DNA of 64,000 nucleotides from a virus, in the IMG/VR virus record IMGVR_UViG_3300020370_000002, positions 1-64,000 of that record. One strand, 5' to 3'. Every line of letters begins with the position of its first letter. Positions within the stretch are counted from its first letter, which is position 1. Both the position numbers and the translations under genes were made by a program. The notes beneath the pieces are model-generated. The model searched no databases, had not been told where the DNA came from, and saw nothing but the letters and a program-made list of their open reading frames with translations. Positions 1 through 8,248 of this stretch are shown piece by piece.

Positions 1-45
1 GGTAAAATGAGCGCGGCCTACTGGGCCAACAAAGTGAAATGGTAA
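1..45 (+). CDS. 3' end of a conserved phage hypothetical protein (partial)
   Basis: Frame 1 reads GKMSAAYWANKVKW*, a C-terminus typical of small basic marine-phage proteins; truncated by the window edge. Confidence 0.6.
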   Translation, partial: GKMSAAYWANKVKW

Positions 46-47
46 TC

Positions 48-98
48 TCGTTCATCCTTTAAGGACGGAAGTAAGGAGCACTTAGCCTGAAGGAACGC
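48..98 (+). ncRNA. Glutamine riboswitch (glnA RNA motif, glutamine-I class)
   Basis: CGTTC-A-TCC(TTTAA)GGA-CGGAAGTA-AGG(N9)CCT-GAAG-GAACG-C: P1 CGTTC/GAACG, P2 hairpin, AGTA/GAA E-loop P3; matches the recalled glnA motif consensus; followed by a YRG peptide ORF. Confidence 0.85.
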
Positions 99-124
99 CA
101 GACACGGCTAAAAGGAGAGATACT

Positions 125-178
125 ATGAAAGAAGTAACTTTAGTCTATCGTGGTGTTACATACACTAAAAAGGTATAG
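125..178 (+). CDS. 17-aa DUF4278-like (YRG) peptide MKEVTLVYRGVTYTKKV
   Basis: Strong SD AAAGGAG (111-117), ATG 125, TAG 176-178; L-x-YRGV-x-Y is the hallmark of peptides downstream of glutamine riboswitches; too short for the ORF track. Confidence 0.8.
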   Translation: MKEVTLVYRGVTYTKKV

Positions 179-191
179 GGAGAGGTAAAAT

Positions 192-782
192 ATGGATATA
201 CTTTTAGAACTTGCAACAACTTTTTGGCAATGGAGCGTAGTAATCGTTCTAATTTTAATTGGTTTTATAATCAGTTGGTTTGACGGCCAAGGAGAAGAAC
301 GTGTAGGTTTTAAAATGCCCTTTGGTATGCCCGTATTACAACCTATACCAATAGAAACAAAAGACAAAGGGTTTTGGAAAGGGATTCTTCTGTGGCTTCT
401 TGGTAAAAGACAGTGGGAGGTCGCAGAAGACTTCTGGTTTAAACTAGACGGAGAAACCTACATGATTCCCGCAGGATTTCAGTTTGACGGGGCTTCTGTA
501 CCAAAGTTTCTTGCTACCTTTCTTTCGCCTGTAGGAGTTTTACTTATGGGTGGTTTAGTACATGATTATGGGTACAAGTACGCAACTTTAATGAGAGATG
601 ACGGTACTAATATTGGTTATAGAGACCAAGCGTACATGGACAGACTTTTTCGAGATATATGCATCGAAGTAAACGGGTTTAAATTTTTAAACTATCTTGC
701 CTACTGGTCACTTCGCCTTGTTGGCTTTGTGGCTTGGAACGGGCACAAAAAGAGAGGTACGCATACTGAGGAGAGCGCATGA
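192..782 (+). CDS. DUF1353-family protein with N-terminal membrane anchor
   Basis: IPAGFQFDGASVP...LVHDYGY...DRLF motifs; hydrophobic N-terminus; SD GGAGAGG. Confidence 0.75.
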   Translation: MDILLELATTFWQWSVVIVLILIGFIISWFDGQGEERVGFKMPFGMPVLQPIPIETKDKGFWKGILLWLLGKRQWEVAEDFWFKLDGETYMIPAGFQFDGASVPKFLATFLSPVGVLLMGGLVHDYGYKYATLMRDDGTNIGYRDQAYMDRLFRDICIEVNGFKFLNYLAYWSLRLVGFVAWNGHKKRGTHTEESA

Positions 783-1012
783 GTGAAGAAGGTAAGAATA
801 AATACCAGAAGTGGATTGATTTAGCAGAAGCTGTAGATAGCTGGAGAATATTTCCACGAGCATTTTTAAGCGTGTATATCTTTCTTCTCTACTACAGCAC
901 AATGTGGTTTATGGCCTTAGAAGCACCAAGCCTTGAACAGTCGGGCCTTATATCAATTATCGTGGGTGCGGGTGCTGCATGGTTCGGATTATATACAGGA
1001 AGTAAAAAGTAA
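779..1012 (+). CDS. Small two-TM membrane protein, holin candidate
   Basis: 77 aa, two hydrophobic helices, DSWRIFPR motif, basic C-terminus; ATGA overlap with the upstream gene. Confidence 0.55.
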   Translation: MSEEGKNKYQKWIDLAEAVDSWRIFPRAFLSVYIFLLYYSTMWFMALEAPSLEQSGLISIIVGAGAAWFGLYTGSKK

Positions 1013-1021
1013 GAGGCCACT

Positions 1022-2326
1022 ATGGCAATAGAGATTAGTCGAGCGGATATTATTTCGCAAGAGCTATTAGAGTTACAATCTGAGACAAGGTTTCTCAAAT
1101 TACCAGTAGATCCCTACTTGGAGCTACTCGGCATAACGCCCCTTGCTAGTCAAGTGGCGATCATAAATGCGATTAATAATCCGAAATACCGTTTTGTATG
1201 TGCGGCTGTTTCGAGAAGGCAGGGTAAAACCTACATCGCAAACATAATCGGGCAGCTAGTTTCGCTAGTTCCCAACTCAAACATACTCATAATGTCCCCC
1301 AACTATGCCTTGTCTCAGATTTCTTTTGATCTTCAAAGAAATCTGATAAAGCACTTTGATTTAGAAGTTGCGAAAGACAATGCAAAAGATAAGGTAATAG
1401 AACTAACAAATGGATCCACAATTCGAATGGGAAGTGTTAATCAGGTTGATAGCTGTGTTGGTCGTAGCTACGACCTTATCATCTTCGATGAGGCTGCTTT
1501 GGCCGATGGCAGGGATGCTTTTAACGTAGCCCTACGCCCCACGCTGGATAAAGACAATTCAAAAGCAATCTTTATAAGTACCCCCAGAGGAAAAAACAAC
1601 TGGTTTTCAGACTTTTTCTACAGAGGCTTTTCAGATGAATTTAAAGAATGGGCGTCTATTCGAGCTACTTATAAGGATAATCCTCGCATGTCTGAGACGG
1701 ATATTGCGGAAGCTCGAAAATCTATGTCCGAGGCTGAGTTTCGACAAGAGTATGAAGCAGATTTCAACACATACGAAGGACAAATTTGGAACTTTAATCA
1801 CGAAGAATGTATTGGAAACTTCGACGAGATTGACACCTCAAAGATGGATGTCTTTGCGGGCTTGGATGTCGGTTACCGAGACCCTACGGCCTTTTGTGTA
1901 ATTGGCTATGACTGGGATGAAGAAAAGTTTTACTTACTGGATGAGTACTTAGATGCCGAACAAACAACAGAAACTCACGCAAAAGAAATTCAAGCACGAA
2001 TTGATAAATGGGGTATTGACTATATTTATATCGATTCTGCTGCGCAGCAAACACGATTTGACTTCGCACAAAACTATGACATATCTACTATTAACGCAAA
2101 GAAGTCCGTTCTCGATGGAATCGCGCAGGTAGCTGGAATAGTAGATAATGATAAATTACTTGTTGAACAGACTTGTAAAGAATCCCTCTCTGCGTTAGAT
2201 CAGTACCAGTGGGACCCCAATCCCAACCTAATGAAAGAGAAACCGAAACACAACTATGCATCGCACATGGCGGACGCGTTAAGGTATGCATTATACTCAT
2301 TTGAGACTTCGGCAATAAGTTTTTAG
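1022..2326 (+). CDS. terL: Terminase large subunit (T5-like)
   Basis: Walker A SRRQGKT, Walker B LIIFDEAA, ISTP motif III, nuclease GLDVGYRD and HMADALRY. Confidence 0.97.
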   Translation: MAIEISRADIISQELLELQSETRFLKLPVDPYLELLGITPLASQVAIINAINNPKYRFVCAAVSRRQGKTYIANIIGQLVSLVPNSNILIMSPNYALSQISFDLQRNLIKHFDLEVAKDNAKDKVIELTNGSTIRMGSVNQVDSCVGRSYDLIIFDEAALADGRDAFNVALRPTLDKDNSKAIFISTPRGKNNWFSDFFYRGFSDEFKEWASIRATYKDNPRMSETDIAEARKSMSEAEFRQEYEADFNTYEGQIWNFNHEECIGNFDEIDTSKMDVFAGLDVGYRDPTAFCVIGYDWDEEKFYLLDEYLDAEQTTETHAKEIQARIDKWGIDYIYIDSAAQQTRFDFAQNYDISTINAKKSVLDGIAQVAGIVDNDKLLVEQTCKESLSALDQYQWDPNPNLMKEKPKHNYASHMADALRYALYSFETSAISF

Positions 2327-2348
2327 GATACCTGGTCAAAAATAATAT

Positions 2349-2377
2349 TTGACATGATACCCCAAACTAGGTATAAT
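2349..2377 (+). promoter_or_regulatory. Consensus sigma70 promoter
   Basis: TTGACA-N17-TATAAT, with AAAAATAATAT upstream. Confidence 0.85.
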
Positions 2378-2411
2378 TCTATCATTGAAAAATTAGAAAT
2401 CCAAGAACCTA

Positions 2412-2777
2412 ATGGTCACACTTAAACGAGATATAGTAAAATATATTCGAGACAAAGCGAAGAATAAGTACGATAAAGGTTCGGAGTGCTACATTTGTGG
2501 AGCAACAGAGAAACTTGACTTTCACCACTATTACACGTTAGCGCCCCTAGTACATAAATGGGTTCGGGAAAATGACTTAAATCCTATGTACGTTCTTGCT
2601 TTCAGAGAAGACTTTATAGAGGACCACCACGACGAATTATACGTACATGCGGTTACTCTATGTCATACGCACCATAGACAATTACATAAAGTATACGGAC
2701 GAGACCCAGGCCTTGGAACAGCAAACAAGCAGAAGCGCTGGGTAGAGATACAAAGAGAAAAACATGGCATGGTATGA
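2412..2777 (+). CDS. HNH nicking endonuclease (T5-like, between terL and portal)
   Basis: CYIC...DFHH...TLCHTHH zinc/HNH motifs; same position as the T5 nicking endonuclease. Confidence 0.8.
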   Translation: MVTLKRDIVKYIRDKAKNKYDKGSECYICGATEKLDFHHYYTLAPLVHKWVRENDLNPMYVLAFREDFIEDHHDELYVHAVTLCHTHHRQLHKVYGRDPGLGTANKQKRWVEIQREKHGMV

Positions 2778-3975
2778 CAGATTCTTAGGCAGGGAAGACG
2801 AGGAAAAAGCTAATCCCGCACAGTCGCTATTAGGAGGGACTTCCGAGAGTACTCGAGAGCCTACTATAAGCTATGAGCGACAATACGAAGAATTAGAAAT
2901 TGTCAACCGTGCAGTTAATATGATTGTTGATGACGCTGCAGAAATTCCTTCTACAATATTAGGCTCTAGGCGTCAAACAGGAATTATAAAAAACATAAAA
3001 AGAGCAAAAGTTAATCAGCTCTTAAATGTAGAACCAAACTTATTTCAAGATATAAATACATTTAAGCGTAACTTAATAACGGACTTTATACTAGATGGAA
3101 ATATTTTTATATACTACGATGGAGCACATTTGTACCATCTTCCTTCAAGTAAAATGTCTATTGAAGCAAGCGAAAGCACCTATGTAGAAAAATATACTTT
3201 CTCTCAGTCTATAGACTATAGCCCAAAAGAAATCATTCATATAAAAGAAAATTCTTTTTATTCTATTTACAGAGGAGTACCTAGACTTAGTCCAGCCTTG
3301 AGAACTATGCAGTTAATTGGCTCAATGAGAAAGTTTCAAGATAATTTCTTTAAAAACGGTGCAGTTCCAGGATTAGTTTTAAAAAGCCCTAATACTCTTT
3401 CTGAAAAGATCAAAGAGAGAATGATACAATCATGGAGTGTAAGGTATAGGCCCGAAGGCGGAGGAAGGCGCCCTTTAATTTTAGATGGCGGCATTGAAGT
3501 TGATTCTCTTTCTAATACTAACTTCAAGGATTTGGACTTTCAGAATTCAATATCAGAAAATGAAAAAATTATACTTAAAGCTCTTGGCGTACCACCCATA
3601 TTACTTGATTCAGGTAATAATGCAAATATAAGACCAAACTTAAGATTGTACTATTTAGAGACGATACTCCCAATAGTGCGAAAAATAAACTTTGGGTTTG
3701 AAAGATTTTTTGGGTTTGAAATTAAAGAAGATATTACAGATATCCCCGCTTTACAGCCAGAGTTAAGAGACCAATCAGCGTATTATACCTCCCTAGTAAA
3801 CGGTGGTATAATAACTATAAACGAAGCAAGAGAGCAGCTAGGTTTTGAACCTATTGCTGGTCAAGACGAAGTAAGAGTTCCTGCAAATATAGCAGGGAGT
3901 GCAGCAAACCCAGACGAAGGGGGAAGGCCTGCCGAATCAGAAGAAACTATAACCGAAGATGGAGAGGAAGAATAA
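2764..3975 (+). CDS. Portal protein (T5 pb7/HK97-type)
   Basis: 403 aa; LDGNIFIY, EIIHIK, FFKNGAVPGLVL, ITINEAREQLG motifs. Confidence 0.95.
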   Translation: MAWYDRFLGREDEEKANPAQSLLGGTSESTREPTISYERQYEELEIVNRAVNMIVDDAAEIPSTILGSRRQTGIIKNIKRAKVNQLLNVEPNLFQDINTFKRNLITDFILDGNIFIYYDGAHLYHLPSSKMSIEASESTYVEKYTFSQSIDYSPKEIIHIKENSFYSIYRGVPRLSPALRTMQLIGSMRKFQDNFFKNGAVPGLVLKSPNTLSEKIKERMIQSWSVRYRPEGGGRRPLILDGGIEVDSLSNTNFKDLDFQNSISENEKIILKALGVPPILLDSGNNANIRPNLRLYYLETILPIVRKINFGFERFFGFEIKEDITDIPALQPELRDQSAYYTSLVNGGIITINEAREQLGFEPIAGQDEVRVPANIAGSAANPDEGGRPAESEETITEDGEEE

Positions 3976-4287
3976 ATGGCGGGATCGTCAGTACAAAAGA
4001 AAAAAATGGCAGTTACAATGGCCATGTATTTCGCAGAGAATGGTTATCTTCCAACTCCAAAAGAATTCTCGAACGACCCCATTAGACCACCAGAAATAAA
4101 AATATCAACTATACGAAAAATATTTGGTTCTTGGTCGATAATGGAGAAATATACGAGATCATTTTGTCCCGACATTATGCGTGGACTTACTAATGTAAAG
4201 CCTAAAATAATCGATCCTTTAAAGGAGCTAAACAAGGCACAGACCGCAGAAGCGGAAAAAGAGGGGGCAAATGGAAAAAGTATTTAA
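3976..4287 (+). CDS. Small basic protein with homing-endonuclease-associated repeat-like motif
   Basis: LPTPKEF...ISTIRKIFGSW resembles the HNH-associated repeat signature; abuts both neighbours. Confidence 0.5.
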   Translation: MAGSSVQKKKMAVTMAMYFAENGYLPTPKEFSNDPIRPPEIKISTIRKIFGSWSIMEKYTRSFCPDIMRGLTNVKPKIIDPLKELNKAQTAEAEKEGANGKSI

Positions 4288-6241
4288 TCTCACCTCTACT
4301 TTTAAGTCTCATACTGAAGAAGATGGTAGTGTTATGATTCGAGGTATGGCTAGTACCAATGACTTTGATCGCGCGGGCGATTCAATTTCAACTGATGCTT
4401 GGACTAAAGGTGGATTAAACAATTTTGAAAAGAACCCTATTATTCTTTTCAATCATGATTACAACAGACCTATTGGTAGAGCTACTGGTTTAAAAACTAC
4501 TGCCAATGGACTGGAGCTGACTGCTAAGATAAGCAAAGCAGCAAAAGATGTTGTAGATTTAGTTAAAGACGGTGTTCTTGGGGCCTTTTCTGTTGGTTTC
4601 CGAGTCAAGGACGCTGATTATATCGAGGAAACCGACGGTTTAAAGATAAAGGACGCTGAGTTGTTTGAGGTATCGGTAGTATCTGTACCATGTAATCAAT
4701 CAGCTACTTTTTCACTGGCGAAGTCTTTTGACTCCATGGCGGAGTACGAAGAGTTCAAAAAAACTTTCACTAATAGTGACGGGGCGCAAGTCCAAAAGGA
4801 GATAACAATGTCTGAAGAGACAACTCAACCCGTTGACTTGGAAGCTTTTGCTAAAAAAGTAGCTGAGGAAACTGCTGCTAAGATAGCCATGAAGCAAGCC
4901 GAGCAAAAAGCAGCCGATGAGGCTGTACAAAAAGAGGCTGAAGAAAAAGCTACTGCGGAAGCAGAAGCTAAAGCTCAGCAAGAAACAGAAGTTAAGCAAG
5001 CTATAGTTACAGGCGTTGAGTCTGGAACTGAGCGTTTGCTTTCTGATGTTGAGGCTAAGTTGGCAGAAAAAGATGCTAAGATGGATGAAGTCATCAAGCA
5101 GCATGAAGCCGACCTCAAAGAAAAAGCCGAAGAAATTGAAAAGATGCGTGATTCTAAGCGTGTTTTTTCCGATCGTGATCGCGGCGACCTAACCAAGTTT
5201 GGCAAGGATTTCCTCCAAGCTCATATTCTTGGTAAAATTACTCGTAAAGGGTGGGATACTGGCTTTGGTAAAGAAGTATTACAAAAAGCCGGCGTAACTT
5301 ACGATGCTACTAGCGCAGCTGGTATCGACGTAAATGTTTCTGCAGCTTTTGAAGAGGAAGTAAGACTTGAGCAGAAGGTTGCTCCTCTCTTCCGCGAAAT
5401 CGCTGTAGCATCTGGTGCAACTGTACTACCCATCGCACCCGATACTGAGAACGCAAACTGGAACAACACTGGTTTGGAAACTGCGGGTAACCTGTTAGAA
5501 GAAGCTGGTGCTACTGATAACAACTACAACGTTAACCGCGTGTTGTTACAGGCTTACAGACTTGTATCAGGTACGTTTATTGCTAACGATACTGATGAGC
5601 AGGTTGTAATTAGCGTTCTTCCTATCATTACTTCCGCTCTTGCAAGAGCACATGCGAAAGCAATTGATTCAGCCATTATGGTTGGAAACTCTTCTTTCGT
5701 AGGTCTTGTTGGTGGAGCTGGTACTGACGGTTCTGGATCTTTCCTCGCAGCAGATTCTGCTCTTGTAACTGATCCTGATGCATCTGGTACTTCCGATGCA
5801 ATCACAGGCGCAAACTTGCTTTCCATCCGATCTGAGATGGGCAAGTATGGTATGAGCCCTACTGATGTTGCATACATCGTTGGTATTGACCAGTACTACA
5901 ACCTTATTGCCGATGCCGCATTCCAGGATGTGTCAGAAGTTGGTTCCGACACAGCAATGAAGCTGGTTGGTCAAGTTGGAAGCATTTACGGATCACCTGT
6001 AATTGCTACTGATGCACTTGCTCAAGGTACGAAGGAAGGTGGAGCCTTTGCAGGAACCGCTGCTGTTGCCGTAAACGTACGCAACTATGTTGTACCTCGA
6101 CTGAAGGGTGTTAGCATTGAGACCGACTACGAAGTAGCGGGTCAGCGCACAGCCATTGTTGCCGCACAATCTCTCGGATTTAACGAGTTGGTTGCTGGCA
6201 CAACTAACAATGAGCCTGCAGTACGAATCGAGTATCAGTAA
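4271..6241 (+). CDS. Prohead protease - scaffold - major capsid protein fusion (HK97 fold, T5 pb11+pb8-like)
   Basis: N-terminal S78 protease (LFNHD, FSVGF, LFEVSVVSVPCN), then a coiled-coil delta domain, then the capsid domain (GSIYGSPVI); no stop between them. Confidence 0.92.
   Translation: MEKVFNLTSTFKSHTEEDGSVMIRGMASTNDFDRAGDSISTDAWTKGGLNNFEKNPIILFNHDYNRPIGRATGLKTTANGLELTAKISKAAKDVVDLVKDGVLGAFSVGFRVKDADYIEETDGLKIKDAELFEVSVVSVPCNQSATFSLAKSFDSMAEYEEFKKTFTNSDGAQVQKEITMSEETTQPVDLEAFAKKVAEETAAKIAMKQAEQKAADEAVQKEAEEKATAEAEAKAQQETEVKQAIVTGVESGTERLLSDVEAKLAEKDAKMDEVIKQHEADLKEKAEEIEKMRDSKRVFSDRDRGDLTKFGKDFLQAHILGKITRKGWDTGFGKEVLQKAGVTYDATSAAGIDVNVSAAFEEEVRLEQKVAPLFREIAVASGATVLPIAPDTENANWNNTGLETAGNLLEEAGATDNNYNVNRVLLQAYRLVSGTFIANDTDEQVVISVLPIITSALARAHAKAIDSAIMVGNSSFVGLVGGAGTDGSGSFLAADSALVTDPDASGTSDAITGANLLSIRSEMGKYGMSPTDVAYIVGIDQYYNLIADAAFQDVSEVGSDTAMKLVGQVGSIYGSPVIATDALAQGTKEGGAFAGTAAVAVNVRNYVVPRLKGVSIETDYEVAGQRTAIVAAQSLGFNELVAGTTNNEPAVRIEYQ
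4808..6241 (+). CDS. Major capsid precursor from an internal in-frame start
   Basis: AAGGAG (4796-4801) + 6 nt + ATG 4808, in frame with 4271; gives 477 aa starting at the coiled coil. Confidence 0.7.
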   Translation: MSEETTQPVDLEAFAKKVAEETAAKIAMKQAEQKAADEAVQKEAEEKATAEAEAKAQQETEVKQAIVTGVESGTERLLSDVEAKLAEKDAKMDEVIKQHEADLKEKAEEIEKMRDSKRVFSDRDRGDLTKFGKDFLQAHILGKITRKGWDTGFGKEVLQKAGVTYDATSAAGIDVNVSAAFEEEVRLEQKVAPLFREIAVASGATVLPIAPDTENANWNNTGLETAGNLLEEAGATDNNYNVNRVLLQAYRLVSGTFIANDTDEQVVISVLPIITSALARAHAKAIDSAIMVGNSSFVGLVGGAGTDGSGSFLAADSALVTDPDASGTSDAITGANLLSIRSEMGKYGMSPTDVAYIVGIDQYYNLIADAAFQDVSEVGSDTAMKLVGQVGSIYGSPVIATDALAQGTKEGGAFAGTAAVAVNVRNYVVPRLKGVSIETDYEVAGQRTAIVAAQSLGFNELVAGTTNNEPAVRIEYQ

Positions 6242-6272
6242 TTGATACGACTGATTACCTTGGTAATCATGG

Positions 6273-6305
6273 AAACTGGGGGAGGATTTCCTCCCCTAAG
6301 TTTTT
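6273..6305 (+). terminator. Intrinsic terminator after the capsid gene
   Basis: GGGGAGG-ATTT-CCTCCCC followed by TAAGTTTTT. Confidence 0.75.
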
Positions 6306-6317
6306 ACTAATTTACTT

Positions 6318-6905
6318 ATGGCTGACTTAATAACATTACAGCAGTATAAAACAGCAGAGGGCATATCTCAACCAAAAGATGATGCTCGTCTGAATGTATT
6401 AATACCTTCAGTAAGTCAATTAGTAAAAACTTATTGCGGAAACAGTTTTGTAGATTTTTATTCTTCAAATAAAACAGAGACTTTTACTATTGATTGGGGT
6501 ACTTATATAGTTCAATTAACAGAAAGTCCCGTAAATAATATTGTAAGTGTACAAGAGGCTACAACATATGGGGGAACTCTTAAAACTCTTACTACAGGGT
6601 CTCAAGAGTATGCCTTAAATAAGGCAACAGACTGTGTATACAGAACTACAAGTGCAGGCTACAGAAATTGGCCTGTAGGAGTAGAAACAGTAAAGGTAGT
6701 GTATACCGCAGGATATGATGTAATACCTACAGATTTAAAGCTCGCAGTTATTGATTTAGTTACTTACTACTTAAAGGACGAGCACAAGCAAAGACAGTCT
6801 ATAGCGGGTGCAAGTTTACAAAATCCTTCAAGTAGTACCCAAAACAATAATGTCTCTTTTCCAGATCACATTAAGAGAGTCTTAGACTTATATAAAAACT
6901 TTTAA
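6318..6905 (+). CDS. Head completion / head-tail adaptor (T5 p144-like)
   Basis: Position after the capsid gene; VKVVYTAGY..IP.DLKLA and FPDHIKRVLDLY motifs. Confidence 0.85.
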   Translation: MADLITLQQYKTAEGISQPKDDARLNVLIPSVSQLVKTYCGNSFVDFYSSNKTETFTIDWGTYIVQLTESPVNNIVSVQEATTYGGTLKTLTTGSQEYALNKATDCVYRTTSAGYRNWPVGVETVKVVYTAGYDVIPTDLKLAVIDLVTYYLKDEHKQRQSIAGASLQNPSSSTQNNNVSFPDHIKRVLDLYKNF

Positions 6906-8248
6906 TGGCAAAAGCAGACTTATCAAAATTACAAGCGCTTTTAGAAAAAAGACTGAAGGATACTTCTCCTTCGTACCGAAAAGAAATTTCGGACAAGCTA
7001 GACCACCATATACATATTAGCGAACAAAGAATTAAAACTCAAGTAAAGAGAGAGCTAATAGCTAGAGGAGCAGGCGATAAAAAAGGAAAGCTAGCAAAAA
7101 GTTTAAATACTATAATTGAAACAGAAGTTCCTTTAATGTGTCAAGGACTCTACAACGAGTTTAAAAATTATAAAGCCACCAAAACAGAAGTAACAGGTAT
7201 TGAGGGAGGCCCAAGAAGGTTTAGTTTTGTTCTTGCAAACCAAGGCACAAATACTACGAGTGTATTTGCAACTTTTAGACGAATAAAAGCAAAACACCAA
7301 AAAAACTTAATAGATCAAATAAAAGCTCAAATAAAAGTACTTAATTCGGGCAGAACAAAAAGTCAGATAGCTGCTCCTACGAGTAACTTTTTAGATATTG
7401 GTCATGATGCGGGCTCTGCTGTTTCGGAGCAAAGACAACAAGCAGTAGAGGATGCCTTATTTCAGTTTGGTACAGGACTAAACTCTGACAGTAAAAAGGT
7501 ATTAAAAAGTTTATTAGGCGATTTAAAAATTAAACTTGTAAAAAATGCAAGAGATCCTATTGATACTTTATCCGTCTCTTTGGAAAGTAGTAGACTGAAC
7601 AAAGCAAAGGGTGGAGGATCAGAAAAAGATATTATTCTACAACTAACAAAAGATCTACAAACATTATTAGATAGATTAGGCGCAGAAACATTTTATGACC
7701 AAAAAGGTTCAGACTCTAAGAAAGAACGGGTTAGAAAAACTGTTTTAAACCCTTTTGGAAAAGCAGCAGCAAAAAATAAGAAGATAAGAGCAACCTTTAA
7801 AGCTAAAAAAGTAAAGACTGGTACTACAAAAACAGAGGGAAAGAAAAAGAAGGCAAAGACAACAAGAGCAAAGCCTTTTAAAGATACGGAAAAAGTTAAA
7901 CTTCCTATGTTTGATACTAAAAGCTCGGGGAGTATGTTTTCTCTTTTAGCTATACTTAATAAAAGGTTGCCAGATGTAGTAAAAAAGAATATGCGATCTC
8001 CTGCATTGGAAAGTAGAAGCGGTAGATTTGCAGAAAGTGTAGAGATAATGAATGTTATTAGCACAAAAAGAGGGTTTCCTAGTTTTGGCTATAAATATCA
8101 AAAAGACCCGTATCAAGTTTTTGAACAGGGCGAAGGTAGCGCTCCTTGGGCCAGCCGCGAAAGGGATCCAAGAAGATTGATAGATACTTCTATAAGAGAA
8201 GTCGCTGCAAATATGGCATTAGGAAGATTTTATACTAGGAGATTATAA
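6905..8248 (+). CDS. Tail completion / neck protein (T5 p143-like) with a long basic extension
   Basis: C-terminal LESRSGRFAESV...PYQVFE...RDPRRLI; synteny; Lys-rich. Confidence 0.65.
   Translation: MAKADLSKLQALLEKRLKDTSPSYRKEISDKLDHHIHISEQRIKTQVKRELIARGAGDKKGKLAKSLNTIIETEVPLMCQGLYNEFKNYKATKTEVTGIEGGPRRFSFVLANQGTNTTSVFATFRRIKAKHQKNLIDQIKAQIKVLNSGRTKSQIAAPTSNFLDIGHDAGSAVSEQRQQAVEDALFQFGTGLNSDSKKVLKSLLGDLKIKLVKNARDPIDTLSVSLESSRLNKAKGGGSEKDIILQLTKDLQTLLDRLGAETFYDQKGSDSKKERVRKTVLNPFGKAAAKNKKIRATFKAKKVKTGTTKTEGKKKKAKTTRAKPFKDTEKVKLPMFDTKSSGSMFSLLAILNKRLPDVVKKNMRSPALESRSGRFAESVEIMNVISTKRGFPSFGYKYQKDPYQVFEQGEGSAPWASRERDPRRLIDTSIREVAANMALGRFYTRRL

Noticed and set aside
48-178. Cyanophage assignment based on the glutamine riboswitch
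   Set aside because: No photosynthesis or other cyanophage marker genes in the window; IscU with LPPVK and the T5-like core point to a proteobacterial host, though the host is unproven
140-367. 75-aa minus-strand ORF overlapping the YRG peptide
   Set aside because: Antisense to DUF1353 and to the SD-supported peptide; no recognisable features
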